NCBI RefSeq assembly: GCF_009914755.1
Contig: NC_060938.1
Source of the DNA: the human T2T-CHM13v2.0 reference genome, Homo sapiens
DNA: 64,000 bases
Direction: 5' to 3' (one strand)
In this document: in pieces, positions 36,083 to 48,929 of the stretch
Layout: every line of letters starts with the position of its first letter
Numbering within the stretch: position 1 is the stretch's first letter
Program-made: the position numbers and the translations under genes
Notes under the pieces: generated by a model
What the model saw: only the letters and a program-made list of their open reading frames with translations
What the model was told of the DNA's origin: nothing
The model's database searches: none

Positions 36083-36719
36083 GTAAGTTGTGTTCTTCTT
36101 TGCCTAGGCCTTCAGGGGCAATCAATCAAATCATTAGTTTGAAAAAGACTTTAATCCTATGCATCTGGTTGGGCTCTTTATTAATGTTCTTTCCCCAGGC
36201 CAAAGAGAGTTGGTTCTCTTCCCTGCTTTAAAATGAGATATGAGTGCATGTATGCACACACGCATGCCCACATGCAGACTCTTGCTCTAGCTCATGGTAA
36301 GGGCTTCTCAGGAGCATATACAACATTTTGAAAGAAATAGAGAAACAAACAATAATGAGCCAATGGAGCTGTCAGGAAGGTTCTCCACCACCCCTGACCA
36401 GGCTTCCCAGCAGGATCTCTGGCCATATAGGATGTGCTTGCACTATATCGGATGGTCTAGGATGGGAAATATCTCTCTGTAATTAATTCCAAAATTTGGC
36501 AACCCTTATTGCCAGAAAGTACTTCTCATATCTAAGTTTGATCTCCCTGCTGCGATTTAAATATCTACTTGAAAAGAACCACTAGAACTCTGTACATCTG
36601 GATTGAGAATCAAGTAACTGCCATAGAATATGAGGCTGAGCACTAAGCCCACCTCTGCAGCACCTCTGACGTGTCATGGGTCCCCTCTGGACATTTTGAG
36701 CTCAAGTAATAATGGATTA

Positions 36720-36965
36720 AGCAGGATAGCACAAGCTTTGGAAACAGAAAAACCTGAATTCAAGTCCTTGCTCCACTACTTACCTAGCTGTGTGACCTTG
36801 AACAAGTTACTTAATCTCTCTGAGCCTCAGTTTCCCCATCCACAAAATGAAGATAAAAATATTCCTACCTCGTTGAGTCATCGTAAAGATGAAATAATAC
36901 AGCTAAAGTAGTTAGCATAGTGCTCAGAACATAGAAAAAGCTCATTAAACCCTCGCTATTAATAA
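36720..36965 (+). mobile_element. MIR remnant (boundaries approximate)
   Basis: gctgtgtgaccttgaacaagttacttaatctctctgagcctcagtttcc. Confidence 0.8.
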
Positions 36966-38196
36966 TAATGATAAACATCATCTCTAACCCACAGCAGAGC
37001 CTTTGTTTGGCCCCTGGGGCTCTTCTGTCAAGGTTCTGTTGTGCATCAGCAGCAGAGCTGGAATTGGGGGGAGGGTGGAGAATGTCAGCCTGTTCTATGA
37101 AATTCTTCACCTGGGATTTGAAAGTGGAAATACAAAGAATCCTGACTAATTTAAATACAAAATCATCCAAGTGTCAGAGGCAGGGGAGAGGTTTCTGCAG
37201 AGAGCTGCATAGCTGGGATCCTCAAGGCTACACACACACGCTTGGAGCAGGGATGCGGTTCACAGGATGGCAGGGCAAAGGTTGCAGAACTGAAACCTTG
37301 TACTTCCCCATCACCAAAATGACCCCAGCATGATTTCCTTTAAGGTGTCCCGAGCCCCTTCCCAAAAGACAGGCTCCCCATGTGGAGGGGCAATGACAGA
37401 GGGAAGATGGAAACTTTATGGGAAGGGCGATCTATCCCAAGGTTGTCCTTCTCCTCTTCAGGGTAGTGAAGCTCATGAGAAATATGGCTCCTGAAAATAG
37501 CCACTAAATGAAACTCTCCAACCTGGAGGTAGAGGATCAGTAAAGTCTGCAGAGGCAAAATGAGGCAGTTTATTTCAAAGAAAAGAGGTTGAGGGCAAGG
37601 TGGGAGTTAAGTCACACATCTAAATCTGGGAAAGGAAGCATTAAACAGAAGACGGAGGGGCTCGGCTCTCCACCTCCACCAGGATTCAGACCACAGGACA
37701 TGGCTAATACTGCAAGAAGGGAGTTAGGTTAGTGGTAAAACCTTTCTAATAGGTTTTTGAACAGTGAAAATGAGCTGTCAGGAGTAGTTGCCAGGGCACT
37801 TTCTCTAGAGAGTTTTTGAAAGGAGATAGACACCCTGCTATCAGAGGTGATTGGAGTGCAGCCCTGCCTCGAGGCAGGAGGAGAAATGAGAGAACCTCTT
37901 AAAGCCTCTTTCCAGCCCCCAGAGCCTGTCTCCATGAAAAAGGCCCAGGCTCATTAATGCAGAGCTGCATCCTCCAGGACACAGGGGGTTGCTGGGTTGT
38001 TAAGTTTGGAACCTTTGCCGGCTTAGTGGTTACCAAACTCCTTTTGTTCTCAAGACTTGACTTGATAAATGGGCTGGCTTTATCCCTTTAAAGCCAAAAA
38101 CACAGGTTCTGAGTGCTGTGTTGTTTGTGGTGTTGAGATGCCCAGGCTGGAGGGAGGAAGCTCTAGGGGGTTTTTGCTGAGCCCAGAAACACTGTG

Positions 38197-38256
38197 GGGA
38201 TAACTATGGTCAGAATTTTGTCTTTGGTCCCGGAACCAGATTGTCCGTGCTGCCCT
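38197..38256 (+). CDS. TRAJ26: TCR alpha J segment 26
   Basis: RSS ggtttttgc-12-cactgtg (38169-38196); DNYGQNFVFGPGTRLSVLP; gtaagt. Confidence 0.97.
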
Positions 38257-38562
38257 GTAAGTACAGTTAAGTGGAGATAGAAAATGAGTCCAGTGCTTGA
38301 TGTGGGGAGAAGCTGCAGGGTCTTGAGGCCAGGAGTCCACCGTGACCTCAGGAGTGGTGATGGAGAAGAAGGTTAAAAAAGGAATGAGAAACAGAACCAT
38401 AAGGACAATACAGAGGAAGGGTTCATTTTCGGGAAGGAAAATCACAAGGCCGTGTGATTAACGCTGGAGGAAATGCACTCCTTTGGAGGGTCCCTTCTCA
38501 GGAGGGCTTTGTGTCGGGGAAAGCTGAGCTGTTAGGTTTTTGATGCTGAGATAATCACTATG

Positions 38563-38622
38563 CAGAAGGACAAGGCTTCTCCTTTATCTTTGGGAAGGGG
38601 ACAAGGCTGCTTGTCAAGCCAA
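38563..38622 (+). pseudogene. TRAJ25: TRAJ25 (open frame, non-functional RSS)
   Basis: EGQGFSFIFGKGTRLLVKP with donor gtaagt; heptamer cactatg (38556-38562) lacks the invariant GTG. Confidence 0.93.
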
Positions 38623-38945
38623 GTAAGTGACATATAATTTATATGTGCTGAATATGATTATCTCCAAGAGGAAAACTTGCCCTCTTTTCCACGGGTGCCT
38701 CCTTGGGTCAGGAGGACATTAAAGGTGTTGAGCAGACCAAGGCCCAGTACCTCGTCACCTTCTTCATCCTTGAAGGAGCTTTAAGAGGTGTGGAGGGGAA
38801 GAAACCCACCAGGACCCCACCAATAAGCCCAGCCTTGAGACCCCTCCACTCTGTCAGACTTGAATAAGAACCATCTGAGAACAAGGTCTTCCTCAGAAGG
38901 GGACTCCAGCATAGTCATCCCCATTTGATAGATTTTGAAACTCAG

Positions 38946-39243
<298 letters not shown>

Positions 39244-39719
39244 AGCTCAGGCAAGTAGAGGCCAGTGATTAACACTCTTCCAATAGGAACAGATCCCAAG
39301 CAACCTGCAGTAGTTTTTCCAGTAGGCTCGTGAACTCAAAACATCAAGTTATTTAAATGACAGGGCAACCGTTGTGATCAGCTGTCATTTGAGTAGTGCT
39401 GAGGACTGGGTCTGACCTTGAGTAAACGCCTAGGCTGGTGGGTTTCTATCCCTGCAGCATCTAAAGCGGACGCCCAGGCTTCACTGACCCCAGCAGTCTG
39501 GCTTTCTGCCCTTGCCGCCCAGGAGGTGCAGCTCTTGGCACACACCATCCTTAGTGTCTTGAAAGAAGAGAAATTAAAAGAGAAAGGGGGAAAAGCTTAT
39601 ATCTCATATCATGCAGTTGCCTCATTTTGTAGCAAGATTGTTTCCCCATGAGCAGTTTGTCTTCATTCAGCAGCTGTCTTCTCTGGGGAAGCCATTTTGT
39701 AGAGGTGTTTGTCACAGTG

Positions 39720-39782
39720 TGACAACTGACAGCTGGGGGAAATTGCAGTTTGGAGCAGGGACCCAGGTTGTGGTCACCCCAG
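39720..39782 (+). CDS. TRAJ24: TCR alpha J segment 24 (Leu8 allele)
   Basis: RSS ccattttgt-12-cacagtg (39692-39719); TTDSWGKLQFGAGTQVVVTP; gtaagc. Confidence 0.97.
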
Positions 39783-40166
39783 GTAAGCCCCATTCCCTGG
39801 AGCCTCACCTGCCCTTAGTATTTGGCATGCCCTGCATGCCAAATATTTCTAGCCGAGACTATGAGAAACACATCTGAAAGGAAGCCATTTCCCTGAACAG
39901 CAGTACCCAAAGCCATTAAGCAAAAATGAGAGATCAGACTGGTGTTAAATAGAAACGTTTTTGGATAAATAGTAATTCTCATTATTCTCTATCAGTCTCC
40001 TGTGTGAATACCCTTATTTCCCTTATAAGGAAAAAAGTTACAATAAGCAGGATAGCCATGATTCATGCTGTGGTGTGGGAGCAATCTGCTGTGGATTTGG
40101 GGGTGGAGGATTAGAAATGTGTTCAGGCAGACTGGATGTGTTTTTGACAGGATATGTAACACAGTG

Positions 40167-40229
40167 TGATTTATAACCAGGGAGGAAAGCTTATCTTCGG
40201 ACAGGGAACGGAGTTATCTGTGAAACCCA
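40167..40229 (+). CDS. TRAJ23: TCR alpha J segment 23
   Basis: RSS tgtttttga-12-cacagtg (40139-40166); IYNQGGKLIFGQGTELSVKP; gtaagt. Confidence 0.97.
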
Positions 40230-41790
40230 GTAAGTATAAAATTGTATCCCTGGATTAAGCAATGTCTGTGGATTAAGGGCTGATTTAGACCCAATTATAC
40301 ACCATATGAAGAATGTTTAGAGAGGGGGATGAGCATCAAATAGGAAGCCAATCGTCGTCCTGGCTAGGATCTAGCATCTCAGTGCAAAATGGGCTATGTA
40401 AGTGTGCCTCTGGGAATTGCTCCTGAATATATGTGTTGGGACTAAAATGTATGACTGGCTACTTGTTGTATTGGCTGGGATCATATCCCTGGATTTGTGC
40501 AGTAATTGGTGACAAGATTTCTAATTCCTTAACAAACCTTCTAAGGCACTATTCTATTTGGCTAAGATTATGTCAATTTATAGAAGGAAAGAACCTTGTA
40601 AATAATGATCATTAACCAAAAGTAATGTGATTAGTCTCTCTCAAAGTCTGAAAAACCACTTTTTTTTAAAAAGTTTACTCATGACTACTGAGGGACACTT
40701 CCTGTTTCTGAGACTTTCAGCCAAAAATTCGTACAGCGTAGCCTCACGGAGCAGAGAGAACCTTGACAACATTCCTTTTTGACTTTCTCCATGGATGAGA
40801 AAACTGAGGCTCAGGGAAGAGACAGATCCCGGCCCCACAGCCAGTCTATGGCTGAGCTAGAACTAGATTTTAGGTCTCTAATTTGCCAAACCTGTCAGTT
40901 GGCTCAAACTTGAAGTTTGAAGAGTCCGCAAGATTCATCTGACAAATATTTTCATGTACTTGCCCTCTGCCAGGCTCGTTGCTGAAACCAGGGATCCAAC
41001 AGGAAGCAAACTCAGTGTGATATTGCCTTCATGAAACTTACATTCTGGAGGTGGATTCCATGTTTCTTCCCAGATATGACAATGCTTACCCTGATTTCTC
41101 TTGGGCATGGCTCTCTTATACTATCATCACTTCCTTAGGAAATACTAAAACTAATTTTTGCTGCAGTTTAAAGTCCTTGAGCAGATAACTAACACACATA
41201 CCACTTTAGTCAGGAGAAGGGAAATGCCCAAAAGTGAAGTAGAAAACTAGGAATTTGTCTGATAATTGATTATTATAAAGTTATTTTATCAGTGTGAAAT
41301 GAGTGGCCAAATTAACTGGACAATGCCAGCTCTGTACCTACCTCACTTTGATTCTATAGACTCAGTCTCAGGAGGATTCAAGAATTCAGACAGTTCTCTG
41401 ATGACATAATCCAGTGATGCCCACAACAGAGGAGGCGTATTCTCTATTCTGGACTTTGTGAGTCTCCTTGGATGAAAAGATTCAAGTGCTGTTTTGACAC
41501 CTAAAATCAGAGAGTATTTGCTCTATACATATATCGAAAATACACAGTTAATGTTTAGAACTTTGTAGTGGAAAGTGGAAAGCAAAGGTCCCCTAAAAGA
41601 AAATGGGATTGTAAAGACGAAGGAGGGTTAGTTTAGGATTTGTAGAAAGTCAGTTTGGCTACTCCAGACCAAACCTAGATTAACAGTGATGCAGGCCTAA
41701 TTCATAAAGGAAGCACTGCCAGCTCTTTATTCAGTGCTTTGCCAACCTGGCCTGTTTGATCTGGTTTTTGTTGTTGAGCAAATCATAGTG

Positions 41791-41853
41791 TTTCTTCTGG
41801 TTCTGCAAGGCAACTGACCTTTGGATCTGGGACACAATTGACTGTTTTACCTG
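41791..41853 (+). CDS. TRAJ22: TCR alpha J segment 22
   Basis: RSS ggtttttgt-12-catagtg (41763-41790); SSGSARQLTFGSGTQLTVLP; gtaggc. Confidence 0.97.
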
Positions 41854-43350
41854 GTAGGCTGCCTCAATTAAATACTATTTGCACTGATTTACTAATCTAC
41901 AAATGTATTCTGTACATGTAACTTAATGGGCCTGAGGTTGAAGATGGGGAGAGACAGCAACAATGCATACTAGAAAGGGTAATGCGAGCAGAGAATTATT
42001 TATCAGAGACCAAGAAGAGAAAGAGAAGCTTTTTGCTAAGGCTTTTAGTAATAGGAGTTAATGAAAATGAATAGAAAAAAATTTCATTTTAACTTAGAAG
42101 AATTGCTGAATAATGGGAACAGATTCCATAAGGGGAACCTCTGCTTCTGAAAATATTTGCACTAGGACCAGCCTACGTGCTACAAAAACTGTCTCACACC
42201 AAGTCTAGTTGGTCACTTACATTTTTAGCCTATTCTAGTAGCTATTTCTAAATAAGTCTTTAAACATAGAGGTGCCTATATTTAAGATATTTAAATGAGG
42301 CTCTATTTCTATAGCTCTCTGGTGCCCTTCCAGCAAAGCATTGCTGTAACACATTGCTTATCATTTCTACAAGTGAGAACAAGTAAGCCCCTGGCCCTCC
42401 AAAATTGCATGAGTATTATAATTACTTGGCTTAGATTGAAGTCACTTCTGTGTTACTTCTCATAACTGTGTTCATTTGTTGAGATCTGTTTAACTCCAAA
42501 CTGTGTGGGCGTCTAACTGTTGGCACTAAGGTTTCTTTTCTCTTGAAATTGCCAGCAAAATATTTTACCCATAAATAATGTTTCATCTAGACTTGCAAAT
42601 GACAACTAACACTGCAGGCTCTTTTTTTTTCTTTTGCTTTGTTTCCTTTTTTCTGAAGGGAATATGCAAGCAGGAAGCAAAAAAAAAAAAAAAGCCAAAA
42701 TGTACAGTTTGACTGTGGGGTCTGGGAGGAGAGTGTCAATGTGGATGCTAAAATATACATGGTTGTATAATGTAGGTACTGTCACAGAGAGGCTATAGTG
42801 ATCTTATTAGATCATACATACAGAGCACCACTGGTCAGCTGGCGTTGCTCGGGGTGTCCTTAAGAAAAGCTCAGGTCTAGTTGTCAAGTGCAACCCAGAT
42901 TCAGATACAGAGTCTCAGAGAGAAGCTTCCAGATCACCCTGGAGCTAAATGCAGAATATGAATTTTCCCCTTAGTTAAGTCTACCTGAGGGGAATTTTCA
43001 TTTATAATTAGGAAAAGAGAAAGGTAAAGAACATTTACTTGCAGTGTCCTGTTTCAAATATTGTGTGCATTGAGCACAGAGGACACAAGAATGAACCCAA
43101 GCAGAAAACTAAAGAAAAGAAATCAATAAAACCACTGAAGAAAACCAGTTGCCCTTATCTTGCCTGTCTCTGATAATGAATGTGCCTTCCCTGCTCATTC
43201 CTCACTTTGGTTCTCAAATTTTCCAGGGAATTAGCAAAGAACTGGTAGGGTTGGGTTAGTCTTGGTCTAATTTGGTTAGTCATCTCTGGATAACAAGTCT
43301 CCTTTTTAGGAAGTGCCAGGGGATTTTTTGTAATGCCAATAAACATGGTG

Positions 43351-43405
43351 TACAACTTCAACAAATTTTACTTTGGATCTGGGACCAAACTCAATGTAAA
43401 ACCAA
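43351..43405 (+). CDS. TRAJ21: TCR alpha J segment 21
   Basis: RSS attttttgt-12-catggtg (43323-43350); YNFNKFYFGSGTKLNVKP; gtaagt. Confidence 0.97.
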
Positions 43406-43819
43406 GTAAGTTATAGTTGCCTAGAAGAAAAAGTTACCAACACATTATGCTAAATTCTTCTTTTCAGTCTGTATTTCAGTTCTTTTATTTTGCATTTTGG
43501 GTCCCCACCCATGATATTTTATTAGTCCTTATTCATATGTCACTTGAACAGATATGTAGTAAACAAATCTCATGATCGAGTAGACATGCTGAAACTGCCA
43601 ATGTTCTCAAGGTGCTATTCTTTATAAGGAAAATGCCCAAATTTTAACTGTTGCTACTGAACAAAAGAGCATTTGGATATAATTTAAAGCACCCCTGAAT
43701 GTCCAGGATTTCAGAGAGGAGACATGACAAATTAAAATTATATGTATTATTTAAAGATGAAAAGAATTAGATCCTCTTGAAAATACTCTAATAACTAACA
43801 TTTCTTCAACATTCGCAAT

Positions 43820-44035
43820 ATGCAAAGCACCTTTCATACCTTGACTCATCTGACCCTCCTAACAACCCTCTGGGATAGATATTACCTATCTCCGCTTCCA
43901 CAGATGAGGAAACAGTGTGAAAGGTAAAACTAAAGCAAAGAGGTTGAAATAGTTACCCAAGGGCTCACCGCAGATGAGGGGCAGAGCTAGATTAAGAGCC
44001 TGGCCTGCCTGTCCCCTAGCCCACTCTCTTAACCA
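43820..44035 (-). mobile_element. MIR remnant abutting the TRAJ20 RSS (approximate)
   Basis: Reverse MIR core aacaaccctctggga...acagatgaggaaac. Confidence 0.65.
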
Positions 44036-44075
44036 TGGTCTTGGTGAGGTTTGTGTAGGGCGACCTCGCACTGTG

Positions 44076-44132
44076 GTTCTAACGACTACAAGCTCAGCTT
44101 TGGAGCCGGAACCACAGTAACTGTAAGAGCAA
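44076..44132 (+). CDS. TRAJ20: TCR alpha J segment 20
   Basis: RSS ggtttgtgt-12-cactgtg (44048-44075); SNDYKLSFGAGTTVTVRA; gtaagt. Confidence 0.97.
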
Positions 44133-45013
44133 GTAAGTAAGAAAGAAAAGTCCAGAATAATTTTAAGCAAAATGGTGGGTAGGTTTTTCAGCAATTTCAC
44201 CTAGGAAGTGCAATGTCAAGAACTAAATTCTAAGAGCTTTCCCAGTTTGTGTTAGAACCATAATTTTTCTGCCTCACACGTCTCCCTCGCCTTCTCTGTC
44301 ACCTCAGAACAGCTCCTCCTAAGGCATGCCTTCACAATGGTACATTTGTTGGTGGCGCAGTCTTTGTGGTCAGATAAAAACTGAGCTAATTATCTGAAAT
44401 TATCTCAGGTCTCTAAGTGAGAGAGTTAACTCCTTTCAAATATTTGAAGAACTACGATGTAGACCAGGTAAGGGGTGAGTGTGGAGGCCAAATCAAAACA
44501 AGCAGGTGCAAGATGTGCCCCAACCTCCCCTCAAACATTGTTGAACAAGTGGAACTGCCCTGCAGTGGAAAGGCTGCTTTGTGAAGTATGGAACTTTTCT
44601 TCCTTAGATATCTTCATGCCAGACCCCTAAGGTTAACCATGAGATGTTGCAGAAGGCACTTCTATGCCATTTTAGCTATTAGATTGAAACACCTCTGGGC
44701 TCCCTTTCAAATCTAAATGCTAAGATCCCATGACTCAAGCCTGGAGGATTAATAGGTGAGCTCAGACTTGTTTCTTCTATTTTTACTATTTTGATAGCCA
44801 AAGAAATAATTCATCAAATTATTCATAAGCTAAAGCCTACTTGGGATTTTTACACCTAGAAGATGGTGGGGTATGATTTCCCAGTGCAGTAAATGAGAAA
44901 ACAATAGGAGACATCAAGGAGGAAAAAAAGAAGGAAGAGATAAAGGGAATGTCTTAAGGGAGGCTCAGAGGTTGAATGAAGGAAATGAGGTGATTTTGCA
45001 GAGGACAGATGTG

Positions 45014-45073
45014 GCTATCAAAGATTTTACAATTTCACCTTTGGAAAGGGATCCAAACATAATGTCACTCCAA
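45014..45073 (+). pseudogene. TRAJ19: TRAJ19 (open frame, defective RSS)
   Basis: YQRFYNFTFGKGSKHNVTP with gtaagt; nonamer-like tgattttgc only 7 bp from heptamer agatgtg. Confidence 0.92.
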
Positions 45074-45400
45074 GTAAGTGAGCAGCCTTTTGTACTCGAA
45101 AATAGGGCCAGGGGAGCAAAGTTTCTTCCAATTTAAACACACTCAAAAGGATGTGTAATTGCTTTCTGATGGGAGGGAACTCTGAAGGTAGAAAGACTAT
45201 TGTTACCACAGATCACTTGTCCCTGGAGATATAGCATCTGAGGACTGACTGTCTAGCTTAGACTGCTGTCTGCACAAGAAGAAGACTTACAGATGCTTAA
45301 GGAGGATGGAGGCAAATTTTCAACCCTGTACTCCAAAGCTGAGGGGAGAGGGGATGGGAAACATTAGGGCTGGGTTCATGTAAAGGGGACCAGCATTGTG

Positions 45401-45466
45401 CCGACAGAGGCTCAACCCTGGGGAGGCTATACTTTGGAAGAGGAACTCAGTTGACTGTCTGGCCTG
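45401..45466 (+). CDS. TRAJ18: TCR alpha J segment 18 (invariant NKT J)
   Basis: RSS ggttcatgt-12-cattgtg (45373-45400); DRGSTLGRLYFGRGTQLTVWP; gtgagt. Confidence 0.98.
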
Positions 45467-46592
45467 GTGAGTGAGTCGCTTTCTATTCCAGGAAAATATT
45501 ACTGTGGAGAAATTAAAAGGGGAGATGAATTAACTCCTTTAGTCTTGAAACTAAAGAGATATGTGTACTTCCCCTCCTGGAGGACCTCAGTCCCTAGGTA
45601 GATTAGGACGAGGAAGCAGAGGGAGACAAAGGCGATGGAAAGTCCCTTTTAGGAACCCAGGAATCAGAGAGAACTTGATGGTCCCCACCAAAGGCAAAGA
45701 AGGGAGGTCCCACTAAAACATGTGAGCATCCTAAAACACCTGCTCTGGTCCACCCACAATATTTGGTGAAGGACATGGCCCTCCACCCAGAATGGGCAAG
45801 CAAACTAGACCAGCTTTCTAAGGTGTGTTTTTCTTGGGTCCTGTGACTCTTGGCCGTCTCCCTGTCAGAGGCTCCATCTGTCGCTGCACTTTCTTATTGA
45901 GAATGGCCTCTCCGTGGTTCTCTGTAAACTTTCCCCAAGAAGCCTGTTTCCATGCTTCCTCAGCACTTAGCCTCACCGATGGATGGGCTCTAGAGTAGCT
46001 GGAGGGAGTCTGGGTCTGAAACTTTCACTGAGAAAGTAAAGTTGATCCGCAGTATCCAGTGGATATGGCAGCTGGGAGGACCTAGGACTGAAGTACTCGT
46101 CCTCTCTTTGGGGCCTTTCCTGGGCACTCGATTGAATACAGAAACCCTGTTAGCAAGTGCATGCATGTATATGAGTGTGTTCATTCAGCATTTCCATTCT
46201 GAATGTATGAATAGCCTTACTCTGAAGACTCCCTGGAGCTTACAGGGCTTTCTGTTTTCAGAGAAAATTGCCTTTGTGAGACAAAAATGGCCAAGTGGGC
46301 CCCTGAATGAGGTTATGGTTGAGAGCTATTAATATTATCCTTATTCACAGAGCAAGATCCGAATTCCCAAAGCAGAGTAGACAATAACTATGTGAAGGGC
46401 TTAGACCCAAATATGTGCCCACTTGCAAGCATTCCAGCTCTATGAAGAGGATACAGTGCTAGGAGATAGGATTACCCTGCACATTGCAAACCCTCCACTT
46501 TTCCAAGACCATAGAAAATGTCCTTTGTTGAGCACCAACTGAGTGTTATTTTCTTGGTCCCTGTGGTTTTTGCTGGGCCTTAAATCATTGTG

Positions 46593-46655
46593 TGATCAAA
46601 GCTGCAGGCAACAAGCTAACTTTTGGAGGAGGAACCAGGGTGCTAGTTAAACCAA
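46593..46655 (+). CDS. TRAJ17: TCR alpha J segment 17
   Basis: RSS ggtttttgc-12-cattgtg (46565-46592); IKAAGNKLTFGGGTRVLVKP; gtgagt. Confidence 0.97.
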
Positions 46656-47494
46656 GTGAGTACTGGGGCTTGACCCACAATTGAGCCTTGTCATCAATTT
46701 GCAATTCAATGTGCCGTATTGGCCCAAATTAATGTCTCAAACTTGTCTTTAAAATGTTTCATGTTGCTCTTATGCATAAACATGCACTTATGTACAAATT
46801 CAGCATGGATAAAGGATATTGTCATCTTGACATTTTCTAGAATCTATTTTCTTAAGAGAAGGCACATAGTAAAAGGTACTTTTCTTATTTCTTCACATTT
46901 CTTAACTGATTTTCCCAAGAGGCAGAGGAACTTGGACGTGGCGTTTCTGTCTATTCAGAGTAGTTGATTTGAATATGGTCACAATAGCAGAGCAAGGACT
47001 TACAATTTCTAAGGTTCAAAATATTGCTGTCTGTACCAGCCTGCAGCCTCTATAACCATTATTCTGATTTATTTCCTCTGGCCCTCATTTTTCCCAATTA
47101 ATGTAACTGAAATATTGGTAACCATTATCTTCCGGTTCACAGAAAGTGTGTGAGGATTAAAAAGTCGCTGCTGTGAAAAGGAATTGAGCTGGAGGGTTTT
47201 CTTTTGGGGGATTATTGTTTTGTTGATGGTATTGTCTCTTTCATTGAGGGAGAGAATAAGAAAGGAGGCATACTTGAAAGGCAAGGTAATATGATCAATA
47301 CATGAACGTGTGCAAAATAAATCATTAAGGCATTCAACTAGAAGCCAAAAAACAGTATGGACCCCGGCTCAGCCACTCACTCACTAGGCAGCCATGAGAA
47401 GATCACCAAGCTCTCCCAGCCTCAGTTAACCTAAAATGTGGAGATTATTATTCCAGCCTTGACTACTTCAAAGGATGCTATGAAATTCAGATGA

Positions 47495-47855
<361 letters not shown>

Positions 47856-48275
47856 TCATGATTTTTAATAGTTAGATTTTATGCAAAATTTCATTTGAGG
47901 GTAAACTTAAAGGTGAACAAGTTTAATGGACTTTGGCCATGGCAGAGAAATGGTTAGGTTTGGATATAAGGTGGACCTCTCTAATTATAAGAAAAAAAAG
48001 GAACATGAGAATTGGTGAACAAGACCTTCCCTGGAGATCTTCAGAAACCTGAGGTCACTCAGGAGAGAAATGTGTGAAGTTGAGAGCTTACAGTAAATGG
48101 TCTCTGAAGTTTCCCACCATTCCAAAGAGTGCGTGAGCTTAAAATTTTTCGTGAGTTTAGCTAAATATGTGCTTAGTGTTAGATTAGGTTTCAACCAAGC
48201 AAAAGAACCCTGGGAGAAGTACTCTGCTTGGAAATGAAGCATCCTTTGGTTTTTGTGGTACAATAGATCACTGTG

Positions 48276-48335
48276 GGTTTTCAGATGGCCAGAAGCTGCT
48301 CTTTGCAAGGGGGACCATGTTAAAGGTGGATCTTA
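48276..48335 (+). CDS. TRAJ16: TCR alpha J segment 16 (F-A-X-G motif)
   Basis: Consensus RSS (48248-48275); FSDGQKLLFARGTMLKVDL; gtaagt. Confidence 0.97.
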
Positions 48336-48929
48336 GTAAGTATTATTACTAATGAATTCTTAATTGATTAGTTTTTGAGACAAGTAATAAGCTTTTTTGG
48401 AAATCTAAGTGGACTGCCAAATGTTCTCGATTTATCCATATTTCATGGGGAGCAGAGCATTCTTCATGCCTTCTCCATCCTCACTTCTGCCAGGTAGCAG
48501 TTTGCATTGTTAACAGGGAAGCAGAATGGAAGCTTAACAGAGAAGCAGTATGGAAGACGTCTCCTTAGCCCAGTGGTCAGTTGCATCAGAGAAGTCTGCT
48601 CTGAAATGCGAACACTTTCTCTTTCAGCTGGCAGCCCCCTGCAACCTCAGTGCCCTCCATGGCCAGGGCCAAAGCTTCCAGGTGCCCAGATAACATCCCA
48701 AAGTCACTCTGAGAGAAGAGAGAAAATCGGTCTTACTTTACCTTTTCTAACCAGGAATTTACATGGTTAGTTTTACATCTAACACTTCAGCAGGGAGAAG
48801 ACATGATCTAAGTGTCCATGTGGACACTCTGTGTGACTCGGATCCAGGATCTGCTCTTTCAGCCCCTCCATTTATCGCAAAAGGGATGATGATTAATTCC
48901 TCCATGCCTAGACTTCACTTTAGACATCA

